A stretch of DNA of 34,955 nucleotides from Oligoflexales bacterium (GTDB lineage Bacteria > Bdellovibrionota_B > Oligoflexia > Oligoflexales > Bog-1112). Both the position numbers and the translations under genes were made by a program. The notes under the pieces were generated by a model. That model ran no database searches. It was given only the letters and a program-made list of their open reading frames with translations, and was not told where the DNA came from. Location of the stretch: NCBI GenBank assembly GCA_045105515.1, contig JBGCDR010000039.1, positions 1 through 34,955 on the forward strand, read 5' to 3'. Below, piece by piece: positions 1 to 8,512 of the stretch (its first letter is position 1; every line of letters starts with the position of its first letter).

Positions 1-202
1 AGAAGAAAACTACAAAGAAAAAAGCCACTAAGAAGAAAACTACAAAGAAAAAAGCCACTAAGAAGAAAACTACAAAAAAAAAAACAAATCAAAAGAAAGC
101 TCAAAAAAAGACAAAAAAAAAAAAACCCACTAAGAACAAAACTACAAAGAAAAAAGCCACTAAGAAGAAAACTACAAAGAAAAAAGCTACTGAGAAGAAA
201 AC
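1..202 (+). repeat. 30-bp coding tandem repeat AGAAGAAAACTACAAAGAAAAAAGCCACTA (KKKTTKKKAT unit)
   Basis: Exact copies at 1-30 and 31-60, a partial copy from 61, a degenerate A-rich interval at about 77-132, near-exact copies from 133 and 163, and a partial copy from 193. Confidence 0.9.
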
Positions 203-221
203 CCGAAAAAAGTCTAAGTAA
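3..221 (+). CDS. 3' fragment of a Lys/Thr/Ala-rich, histone-H1-like repeat protein or protein tail (5'-truncated by the window edge)
   Basis: Not in the ORF track. Frame 3 reads without a stop as KKTTKKKATKKKTTKKKATKKKTTKKKTNQKKAQKKTKKKKPTKNKTTKKKATKKKTTKKKATEKKTRKKSK, ending at TAA 219-221. Confidence 0.75.
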   Translation, partial: KKTTKKKATKKKTTKKKATKKKTTKKKTNQKKAQKKTKKKKPTKNKTTKKKATKKKTTKKKATEKKTRKKSK

Positions 222-230
222 GTATTGGAC

Positions 231-271
231 TTTTTGTTTGAGAGCCCAGATTAAACGGGCTCTCAAAAAAA
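231..271. terminator. Stem-loop between convergent genes, possible terminator
   Basis: TTTGAGAGCCC (237-247), 9-nt loop, GGGCTCTCAAA (257-267) form a perfect 11-bp stem just after the TAA at 221 and downstream of yejE. Neither strand has a U-tract immediately 3' of the stem. Confidence 0.55.
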
Positions 272-352
272 CAGAACCCCTTTTTCAAATCATCATCCAG
301 ACCTATACAGATATCAATGCGACCAAGATCTTAGCAAATGCTAGTCTCGGGC

Positions 353-1384
353 TTACTCCAATACAGCTTTTGGATCCATGGCCTTCTGAACTCCTTCTCC
401 AATAAAATTCAGACATAAAATCATAAAAACCATAACAAAGAACGTAGACACGATAATCCACCAGGAGTGCAGGTTTGCTTTGCCTTGTGCCAACAATTCA
501 CCCAAACTTGGTGTAGGGGAAGGAACCCCCAAGCCTAAAAAATCCAAGGAAGCCAACCCGGTGATCGCAGCTGAAACCCTGAAGGGAAAAAAAGTTATTA
601 CCGGTGCAAGAGTGTTTGGAAAAATATGCACCCACATAACTCTTAAACGACTAGCACCCAGAGCTACCGGACTTTGGACAAAATCGTACTCACGAGCCTT
701 GAGAAATTCTGCTCTAACATATGCTGCAAGCCCCATCCAACCCATCATTGCCATGAGCAACAGCATAATATAGATAGAAGGCTCGAATATTGATGTTAGA
801 ATAATTAATATAAACAGTTCGGGCAGAGACGACCAAATTTCTGTGATTCTTTGAAAAAATAGGTCGAACGTTCCCCCTAGATAGCCTTGAAGAGCACCCG
901 CAAAAATACCAAAAAAAATCCCAAGCACGGATAAAACTAGACCGAATAGAAGACTAATCCTAAATCCAAAAATTAGCCGAGCTAAAACATCACGGGCCCG
1001 ATCATCTGTTCCGAGTAGATGTCGCTTATCGGGTTTAGAGGGAGCAGGCGTTTCTAAATCAAAATCAACTTCTGTGGGACCAAAGCGTATAGGGGCCCAA
1101 ACCACCCAATTTCCTCCACCTGTCAGCTCTTCTAAGATTTCTAGGTCCTTATAATCAGTTTCAGTTTCGAAAAATCCTCCAAACCTAGTTTCAGGATAAA
1201 CTTTGAAAATTGGAAATAAATATTCATTACGATAATTTAGCATCAGAGGTTTGTGGTTGCAGATGAACTCGGCAAACAGAGAAAAAAATAGAGAAAATAT
1301 GAGTAATAGAAGGCTATAATACCCCCTTTTATGGGAACAAAACAATTCCCAACGTCTTCGAGTCATCCGATTAAAAAGTGCCAT
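353..1384 (-). CDS. yejE: Peptide ABC transporter permease, YejE/OppC-like
   Basis: Motifs YPETRFGG..ETETDY, HLLGTDDRARDVLARLIFGFRISL, an EAA-loop-like ALGAS and LDFLGLG..PSLGELLAQGK; multiple TM segments; last gene of the yejA-B-E order. Confidence 0.9.
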   Translation of the reverse strand: MALFNRMTRRRWELFCSHKRGYYSLLLLIFSLFFSLFAEFICNHKPLMLNYRNEYLFPIFKVYPETRFGGFFETETDYKDLEILEELTGGGNWVVWAPIRFGPTEVDFDLETPAPSKPDKRHLLGTDDRARDVLARLIFGFRISLLFGLVLSVLGIFFGIFAGALQGYLGGTFDLFFQRITEIWSSLPELFILIILTSIFEPSIYIMLLLMAMMGWMGLAAYVRAEFLKAREYDFVQSPVALGASRLRVMWVHIFPNTLAPVITFFPFRVSAAITGLASLDFLGLGVPSPTPSLGELLAQGKANLHSWWIIVSTFFVMVFMILCLNFIGEGVQKAMDPKAVLE

Positions 1385-1395
1385 TTAATTACTCA

Positions 1396-2457
1396 CTAAT
1401 CCCGGGACGTCTCAAAACTGATTCTCGGATCTACCAATACATACATAATATCGCTCAATAAGTTGCCAACAATATAAAGTAAAGAAAAGAAGAATAGATT
1501 AGCCATAACTACCGGATAGTCACGTTTTATGACAGATTCGTAAGATAAAAGACCAAGACCATCGAGTGAAAACAGAGTCTCGATAAGCAAAGATGAGCCA
1601 AAGAAAATTGTGAGAAAGCCACCAGCAAAACCCGTAACCAAAGGAATCATGGCATTCCTAAGTACATGCTTCCATATAATAATGGTTTCAGATAAGCCTT
1701 TACTCCTGGCTGTCAACACATACTGTTGTTTAATATGTTCCAAGACTGTATTACGGGTCAAATTGGTCATCACAGCAAAGCTTCCAATGGTCATACACGT
1801 GATTGGTAATATCAGATGGTGGAGGTAATCGAGGAATTTGCCAAAAGTAGATAAACTATCGAAATTGTCGGAGACCAATCCTCTTATAGGAAACAAATCC
1901 CAAAAACTACCTCCCCCAAACAAAACAATAAGAAAGACTCCTAAAACAAAGCCTGGAACCGAGTAACCAATGAGAACAATAACACTAGTGACCACATCGA
2001 AAGTACTCCCAACCTTAACACCTTTTGCAATTCCAAGAGGAATACAAATAAGGTAAGTGAGCAAAAATGAGATCACTCCCAAAGAAACCGAGACTGGAAG
2101 CTTATCTTTTACAAGATCAATGACCTTTCGATGATAAAAGTAAGACTCTCCGAATTGAAAGGTAAAAAGCTTGTAGCACCAACTTAAAAACCTTTGATAT
2201 ACGGGCTTATCAAATCCATACAGCTTTTTCAGTTGTTCAATTTGTTCTTGGTCAATACCACGTTTATTAAGCTTGTCACCGAGAGCTGTTCCACCACCTG
2301 AGCCGGACACCTCCCCCCCTTGCCCCCCGGCTCTTGCCATAATCATCTGCTCAACTGGACCTCCCGGTACAAATTGGATAATCATGAATGTCGCCAAGAC
2401 AATACCTAAAAGAGTAGGTATAAAGAGCAGAATCCTTTTCAAACAGTATGCAAGCAT
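1396..2457 (-). CDS. yejB: Peptide ABC transporter permease, YejB/OppB-like
   Basis: Motifs IQFVPGGPVEQ, YGFDKP, TARSKGLSE (EAA loop), HVLRNAM, IETLFSLDGLGLLSYES, RDYPVV and C-terminal DPRI. Confidence 0.92.
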   Translation of the reverse strand: MLAYCLKRILLFIPTLLGIVLATFMIIQFVPGGPVEQMIMARAGGQGGEVSGSGGGTALGDKLNKRGIDQEQIEQLKKLYGFDKPVYQRFLSWCYKLFTFQFGESYFYHRKVIDLVKDKLPVSVSLGVISFLLTYLICIPLGIAKGVKVGSTFDVVTSVIVLIGYSVPGFVLGVFLIVLFGGGSFWDLFPIRGLVSDNFDSLSTFGKFLDYLHHLILPITCMTIGSFAVMTNLTRNTVLEHIKQQYVLTARSKGLSETIIIWKHVLRNAMIPLVTGFAGGFLTIFFGSSLLIETLFSLDGLGLLSYESVIKRDYPVVMANLFFFSLLYIVGNLLSDIMYVLVDPRISFETSRD

Positions 2458-2458
2458 C

Positions 2459-4306
2459 TTATTTTTTGATCTCTAGAGGTTTGCCAGATTTTCTTGCTGC
2501 TTCCAAACTTTTAAGTTTGGAAGAGTCCGTCCACATATACTCAACATAGGTAAAAGGATTGTAATAACTTGGAAATTTCTTCGGATGGGAAAATTTATTC
2601 CACACAGCTATACGATGAGAGGTACTGTGCCAATTATGCACGGTTATATGAAGGTGATAGAGGACCCGATCCAAAGCATGAGTGTAAAGCCTCAGATCTC
2701 GCTCATCTTTTGCATAAATAATCTTATTGATAAGTTTATCGACCACCACATTCTTGAGACCATAATGATTGCGAGAATATTTTTTATCAGCTTCACCTGA
2801 ATGCCAAAAGTCAATTTGCTCATTGCCTGGAGATTGCGACTGACCAATTGAAAGGACAATCATATCAAATTCTCTATTTTGCAACCTTCTTTGATAAACC
2901 GAACTCTCCTCTATATCCATACGGCCAACAATCCCAATGCGTTTCAGGTTCTTGAGAAACGGCTCTACAACTCTTGCTATCATTTGACTTGATAGAAGAA
3001 AGCGAAAATCTAGCTTTTTACCATCTTTTTCCATAATCCCATTTTTTAACTGATACCCAGCACCCCTTAGCAATTTCATTGCCAATTTAAGACGCTTTTT
3101 AATTCGCAAGCCTGATCCTAAGTTACCCATACTCTGAGAAAAAACTTCCTCTGGTATCTCATTTGGGTTTTCCTTTGCTAACTCTTGGAGGGCTAATAGT
3201 TCTTTACCTTTCGGTAGGCCTACCGCTTTGAGTGGAGAGTTTTCAAAAAAGCTATTATTCTCTTCGTACTGACCATAAAATAGAGCCTTATTAGTCCATT
3301 TAAAATCAAAGGCTAATGCAATTGCCTTGCGCACTGCTATCTCATTAAAGATAGGTTTCCTCAGATTAAAATAAAAACCCTGTGAGCCCTGATTATTTTT
3401 ATGCTGCCAAAGCTCTTTTTTAATCCAACGAAGATCTTGGAATTTTTTGCCTTCCAAATCCTTCGCCCAAATCTTTGAGCTATAGCAAACATATAGATCA
3501 AACTCACCCTTTTTAAACGCTTCTACCATAGTGGTTGGGTCTTTATAATATTTTATTACAATTTTATCTAAATTATATCGCCCCTGATAGAAGGGATCCT
3601 TCCAACCCCAAAAGTTCAAATTGCGCTTATAAACAATCGACCCACCTCGATTAAATTCTTCAACCACGTAAGGCCCTGATCCTGCTGCGATATCATTGAA
3701 GTCCTTCGAGAAATCACCCTTACCATAGATGTGTTTGGGCAAAACCGTTATTTGAGTAGCAATTGCCGGCAACTCGGTATTTTTTTTGGAAAAGATCATT
3801 TTTACTGTGAAGTTGTCAATCACTTCAATTGATTTAATATCAGCCCAGTAACTCTTATAAAACGCATTCACATGTTCTGAACGAAACAACTCAAAACTAA
3901 ACTTGACATCCTCAGCAGTCACAGGTTTGCCATCAGAGAATTTTGCATGTTTTTTTAACTTTATAAGCATAGATAACTTATCGTCTGCCAGGGAAAAAGA
4001 ATCTGACAATTCAGGATATTGACTAAACGTTTCATCGAGAGTGGACTGGCCCAGATTTTGAAAAACCAGGTTGGAGAGCAAAAGCGGAGATATTCCTTTG
4101 GTGGAAAATGGATTTAATGTATCAAAAGTTCCGGTCCACCCTAATACTAAACGTCCTCCTTTAGGAGCTTTGGGATCAGAATATTCTAGGTGCGTAAAGC
4201 CTTCCTTGTACTTGGGGGAACCATGAACAGCAATACCCTCCCATCCAAGTGCGTGGGTACAAGGAAGAAAAAGCGTTAGAACCAATAAGTGGAGTTTTCT
4301 CGCCAT
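2459..4306 (-). CDS. yejA: Peptide ABC transporter substrate-binding protein, family 5, YejA-like
   Basis: N-terminal signal peptide, HGSPKY..F.H, APKGG, GTFDTLNPF, FSDGKPVTAEDVKFSF, GSGPY, VRKAIALAFDF.WTNK.LFYGQY and SQSPGNEQ..FW. Confidence 0.9.
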   Translation of the reverse strand: MARKLHLLVLTLFLPCTHALGWEGIAVHGSPKYKEGFTHLEYSDPKAPKGGRLVLGWTGTFDTLNPFSTKGISPLLLSNLVFQNLGQSTLDETFSQYPELSDSFSLADDKLSMLIKLKKHAKFSDGKPVTAEDVKFSFELFRSEHVNAFYKSYWADIKSIEVIDNFTVKMIFSKKNTELPAIATQITVLPKHIYGKGDFSKDFNDIAAGSGPYVVEEFNRGGSIVYKRNLNFWGWKDPFYQGRYNLDKIVIKYYKDPTTMVEAFKKGEFDLYVCYSSKIWAKDLEGKKFQDLRWIKKELWQHKNNQGSQGFYFNLRKPIFNEIAVRKAIALAFDFKWTNKALFYGQYEENNSFFENSPLKAVGLPKGKELLALQELAKENPNEIPEEVFSQSMGNLGSGLRIKKRLKLAMKLLRGAGYQLKNGIMEKDGKKLDFRFLLSSQMIARVVEPFLKNLKRIGIVGRMDIEESSVYQRRLQNREFDMIVLSIGQSQSPGNEQIDFWHSGEADKKYSRNHYGLKNVVVDKLINKIIYAKDERDLRLYTHALDRVLYHLHITVHNWHSTSHRIAVWNKFSHPKKFPSYYNPFTYVEYMWTDSSKLKSLEAARKSGKPLEIKK

Positions 4307-4614
4307 TTCGAACCTGCCTTCTTGCTCAATAGGATGAGTGAAAAATTCGATAAAGTAATTTAACTTACATTAAAATTCATTTTCTGCTTGTCACATGATC
4401 ATACCTTAGCTTGCTACTGAGGAGTTTGACTGAAGCAGCACCACAAAATATTTATAATTTTTTTAGGGAGTTACTAAAGCCACGGAACACTGCTGTGCGC
4501 TGGTTATCGGCAAAAAATTCCCCATACACCGGTCAATTTGATCTTGAAACCTATGCAGACTATAGATGATACTAGGATGTCCTTCACCTTAACTAATCTA
4601 AGGGAGAACAGAGA

Positions 4615-5754
4615 GTGAATTCGAGGGCATGGTATTTATATTTTTTAAGCTATACCAGCTTAATCAAAAGAGTCCGCTATGATTTAGCAAAAGAAATTGT
4701 CATTGCCTTTTGCAGCTTTATAATAATTTCATTATTTTACTACATATTTAATGATTTTCTAAACATAGAAATCCAAAAGATATCCTTAAAAATGCGCGAT
4801 GGCCTTGCCAATTATTTAGCTAATATTGTTATTTTAGTGACTGCAATAGCTACTGGCCGTAGTATCAGAAAAGAAAGAGTTGATTCGCGATCCTGTGGAA
4901 ACGCATTCAAATTTTTAGGGGAGCAGCCAAAGGTCCTTCAGGGGTTTTGGCTACTAAGAATTCCAAGCAAACTATTGATGTTTTATCTACCATGCTGGTT
5001 TATTTGCTTGTATAGCCTTGTCGACTGGCCTCTTACTTTAGTATTTAGCTACCTCTTTGGGATGCTGATCATAAGTTTACTGCTCATCTTCTATCCAAAA
5101 TCAGGATTGAGCGAATCTGAAAGTCAAATATCAAAAATCTCTATCTTAAAAGATCGTTCGTACAGTGCTTCAAGTGCACTTCTCAATTGGCGCCTAAAAC
5201 AGATCTTAGCTAGAAACCGTCTGGCTCAAATTTTTATTTTAAGCAGTTTTATTTTTTCAGCATTTCTTTTGACTCTTTCAAATCCAATAGAACCATTCGT
5301 TATTTTCCTCTGTATGCTTGCAGGATTACAAATGGCATTTGCACTAAGCTTCCAAGTTGCTTACGATCTTTCTTATTCTTGGATAGAAAAAAATCTTGGT
5401 ATTTCTCACGAAAACTATCTAGCTACCCTATTTAAATTAGCCTTGATCCTAGGGTCTATGAGTGGACTCATATCGATGCTTTGCTATGGTATCAATTCTT
5501 TCACTATTGCAGGTAAGCTAAATTGGATAATTTGTGTAAAAATATTTTTCATTGGGATGACCCCTGCTTTTTTAGTTCCGAATATCATCTTCCAAATTGA
5601 CGGGCGCAGAACATTCATTCAAATTTTAAATATAATTCTCGCATCTTTATTCGTAAGCACGGCTATTTTTGCAAGTTTAGCAGGAGTACTACTTTTGCCC
5701 CTCATAGCATACTATGGCGTAACTTCACAACAAGGCCGCTTCTATCGCGCATGA
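4615..5754 (+). CDS. Polytopic membrane protein, probable ABC-2/EcsB-like permease partner of the downstream ATPase
   Basis: GTG start preceded by GGGAG; roughly 9-10 hydrophobic segments in two blocks; its stop overlaps the next ORF (ATGA). Function inferred from context only. Confidence 0.6.
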   Translation: MNSRAWYLYFLSYTSLIKRVRYDLAKEIVIAFCSFIIISLFYYIFNDFLNIEIQKISLKMRDGLANYLANIVILVTAIATGRSIRKERVDSRSCGNAFKFLGEQPKVLQGFWLLRIPSKLLMFYLPCWFICLYSLVDWPLTLVFSYLFGMLIISLLLIFYPKSGLSESESQISKISILKDRSYSASSALLNWRLKQILARNRLAQIFILSSFIFSAFLLTLSNPIEPFVIFLCMLAGLQMAFALSFQVAYDLSYSWIEKNLGISHENYLATLFKLALILGSMSGLISMLCYGINSFTIAGKLNWIICVKIFFIGMTPAFLVPNIIFQIDGRRTFIQILNIILASLFVSTAIFASLAGVLLLPLIAYYGVTSQQGRFYRA

Positions 5755-6491
5755 TCCAACAAACCAGGAAAGTAAAGGAATCATCGATGGATTCACTATT
5801 ATCAGTGAGAGATCTAACAAAAAACTACCCTTCAGGATTTCAGTTCGGCAGCGCAAATTTCGACTTACCTCGCGGATCAACGGTAGCATTTCTAGGCCCC
5901 AATGGCGCAGGCAAATCAACTTTATTTCAAATGTTAACTGGAAATTTAGATCCTAGCGAAGGTAGAATTTCCATTGAAGGAGCGAGGCTCAGCCCTGACG
6001 CTTTTGAACTAAAACGTACCATAGGGTATCTTCCTCAACATCTACAATTGCCCAGGTGGGTATCTGGTCGAGAGGTTCTCAGGTATGCGGCAAATCTTTA
6101 TCAATTGAAAGACCCCATCAAGCAAATTAATAATATGTTGAAACGTTGGGATTGCCTATCGTATGAAAATCAGCCTCTTGCTTCTTGTTCACATGGTATG
6201 CAGAAAAGAGTCGGATTAGCTCTTGCAAATATTCACACACCTAGGCTTTTGATATTGGATGAACCCTTTTCAGGCCTTGATCTGTATCACATGCGTACGC
6301 TGGAAGAGTTGATTCTTAATCGCAAGGAATCAGGTTATGCAACTATCATTAGCACCCATATCACCCCTTTTGTCGCAAAGCTCTGTGAACAGGTATTCAT
6401 AATAAAGACTGGAAATGTAACTAATCTTGAGGGATGGGCAAATCATTCCTACGAAGATAAAATCAAGCTGATTGAGGATAAATTCTTTTAG
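5751..6491 (+). CDS. Single-domain ABC ATPase, ABC-2/EcsA/CcmA-like
   Basis: Walker A GPNGAGKST, Q-loop GYLPQ, variant signature CSHGMQKR, Walker B LLILDEP and H-loop ISTH. An alternative ATG at 5787 follows AAGGAA. Confidence 0.88.
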   Translation: MIQQTRKVKESSMDSLLSVRDLTKNYPSGFQFGSANFDLPRGSTVAFLGPNGAGKSTLFQMLTGNLDPSEGRISIEGARLSPDAFELKRTIGYLPQHLQLPRWVSGREVLRYAANLYQLKDPIKQINNMLKRWDCLSYENQPLASCSHGMQKRVGLALANIHTPRLLILDEPFSGLDLYHMRTLEELILNRKESGYATIISTHITPFVAKLCEQVFIIKTGNVTNLEGWANHSYEDKIKLIEDKFF

Positions 6492-6566
6492 ATCTTCATA
6501 ACTTTCTTCTCTTGCCTGGGAATATCTTCACTATTCTCACCTTAGCAATTTATTTATAATTGAAGC

Positions 6567-8405
6567 ATGCCTTTGTTAAATTTTTTCACCAAACGAACAA
6601 TTACTAAAGATTTGAGCTTGATTCTTCTTGCTTCAATATCAGGTATTTTTATTTTGGCATGCATAATCGAGATAGCTTTTTTGCGAGATGCTGACGAGCA
6701 ATTCCTAAGAAACCAAGCAATGACCATTACTAGTAATGCATCGGGAATCCTAGCTAAACCTTTGTGGGCTCAAGATAAGCAAAATATTTCTAATATTATT
6801 GATCAGTACAACAATTTCGAGCAAGTAATTAAAATCATCGTTTTAGATAAGAAAGATCAAGTCATTGCAAGCTATGCAAGAAAATCTCCTCAATCTAATT
6901 TTTCTCGAAAAAAGGATATTTATTATCAGGGTTCTCTGGTTGGAAGGTTGCAGATTCATTTTTCTCGCACGATCCCTGACAAGCAAAATAAATACTTGTT
7001 TATTGCAGTTATAACACTAATAGGCCTATTAGTAACCTGTCTTTTCACAACCATTTTTGTCCTAAGAAATTTTTTACATAAACCATTCATGCAGATTATT
7101 AACAGTATGGAATCTATCGGCAATGGTAAAAAAATTAAGGATTTACCACCCCCACCCCAAATAGACCTATCGAAAATAGTCAAGCAAACAAATGTAATGG
7201 CAAAAGCAATTCTAGATCGTGAAGAGAATTTGAAAGATCAGCAACAAAGACTCATGCAAATTAATAACGCTATCACATGGCTAACAAAAGCCAGCAGTAT
7301 CGGAGAACTTATTAGAGCTGCCGCTGAAGTTTTATTAAATATATCCAATGCGAAAACCTGTACTTTTTCCCCAAACGAAGATACTCAAATTGATTTACTA
7401 ATTGATAAAATAGTTCCCTTTTCCATTGAAATAGATAGAGCACATACGCCCACAAGTGATAAGAAGATTATGATAAAAAATTTTAATATTTCACTTCATT
7501 CTAAGATCCTAGGCTTTTTTGAACTTCAAGGCAATCATGAGCGTAGCGAAATATTCGAGCAAGATATTCCCGCCATAATTTCTCTACTAGAGGAACTAAT
7601 AGCAAAACTCCAGGTGATAAAAGTCAACATGATGAATCTCGCAGAAATGAAAATTGCTCAATCTGTTCAAGAAGGTATGCTCTTAGCTACATCTCCAAAT
7701 TCCAAAAATGTTGATCTGGCCTTTCTCTATTTACCTATGGATAAAATAGGAGGTGATTGGTTTAGAGTCTGGTCATCACCCGACAATGAAAATTACTACC
7801 TGATGTTAGGTGATGTTACAGGACATGGAGTAGGCTCAGGACTGGTAACCACAGCTGTCAATGGCACCCTGCAAACATTAGAGTATCTAGTCAAGGAAAA
7901 AAGGCTAAATTTTGAGATAAACCCAGAAAACATCATGGATACCTTAAACCACTTACTAAAAAGCATTTCTGGTAGCTCTAAGCTACATATGACATGTGTA
8001 GTGGCAAAACTTTCAGTGGCAACAAATGAATTGAGCCTATGCAATGCAGGACACACCTTTCCTCTCATTGTAAAAAATGAGGATCGAAAAACCCAAGTTT
8101 TTCCCCTTACCAGACATCAACAACCGATGTTGGGAGAGGAGTTTAGCAAGGATTTCTGTTACAAATCTGCCAAATACTCGATTGCTGGTGGAGACTATTT
8201 GCTATTGTACACCGATGGATTAATGGAAGCCCAAGATGAAAATCGCCAGGCTTTTTCAAGAAGTTTCATTAGAATGCTAAAACACATGGACAATATTAAT
8301 AGCGCTGATAGTTTCAAAGTTGCAATCAATAAGAAACTCGAAGATCACTGCCAAGACACTGGTATAAAAGATGACATCTGCTTAGCTATAATGAAGAAAG
8401 TGTGA
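6567..8405 (+). CDS. Membrane sensor PP2C/SpoIIE (RsbU-like) Ser/Thr phosphatase
   Basis: Two TM helices flank an extracytoplasmic domain, followed by a HAMP-like linker and intact PPM motifs IGGDWF, GDVTGHG, CNAGH, LLLYTDGL.EA and DDICL. Confidence 0.88.
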   Translation: MPLLNFFTKRTITKDLSLILLASISGIFILACIIEIAFLRDADEQFLRNQAMTITSNASGILAKPLWAQDKQNISNIIDQYNNFEQVIKIIVLDKKDQVIASYARKSPQSNFSRKKDIYYQGSLVGRLQIHFSRTIPDKQNKYLFIAVITLIGLLVTCLFTTIFVLRNFLHKPFMQIINSMESIGNGKKIKDLPPPPQIDLSKIVKQTNVMAKAILDREENLKDQQQRLMQINNAITWLTKASSIGELIRAAAEVLLNISNAKTCTFSPNEDTQIDLLIDKIVPFSIEIDRAHTPTSDKKIMIKNFNISLHSKILGFFELQGNHERSEIFEQDIPAIISLLEELIAKLQVIKVNMMNLAEMKIAQSVQEGMLLATSPNSKNVDLAFLYLPMDKIGGDWFRVWSSPDNENYYLMLGDVTGHGVGSGLVTTAVNGTLQTLEYLVKEKRLNFEINPENIMDTLNHLLKSISGSSKLHMTCVVAKLSVATNELSLCNAGHTFPLIVKNEDRKTQVFPLTRHQQPMLGEEFSKDFCYKSAKYSIAGGDYLLLYTDGLMEAQDENRQAFSRSFIRMLKHMDNINSADSFKVAINKKLEDHCQDTGIKDDICLAIMKKV

Positions 8406-8512
8406 AAGCTAGTGACATTCTCAGGAAGAACCTTCCAAACCCACTCCTTTCGAGTACTTATAGTACCTTTTCAATAAAAGAGGGGGCTTCTTCGTGAAGG
8501 TGGAGAAATTGA

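Noticed and set aside
1..202. 30-bp repeats as a CRISPR array
   Set aside because: Units are directly adjacent with no unique spacers, encode an in-frame Lys-rich peptide, and no cas genes are present.
4480..4520. c-di-GMP-I (GEMM) riboswitch suggested by AAAGCCACGG...GCTGGTTA
   Set aside because: The upstream GCAAA stem with a GNRA tetraloop is missing. An Infernal search with RF01051 would settle it.
8406..8512. Structured RNA or terminator between the convergent phosphatase and prc genes
   Set aside because: Only several 5-bp stems (GGAAG/CTTCC, GTACT/AGTAC, CTTTT/AAAAG); none is a convincing terminator or recognisable RNA family.
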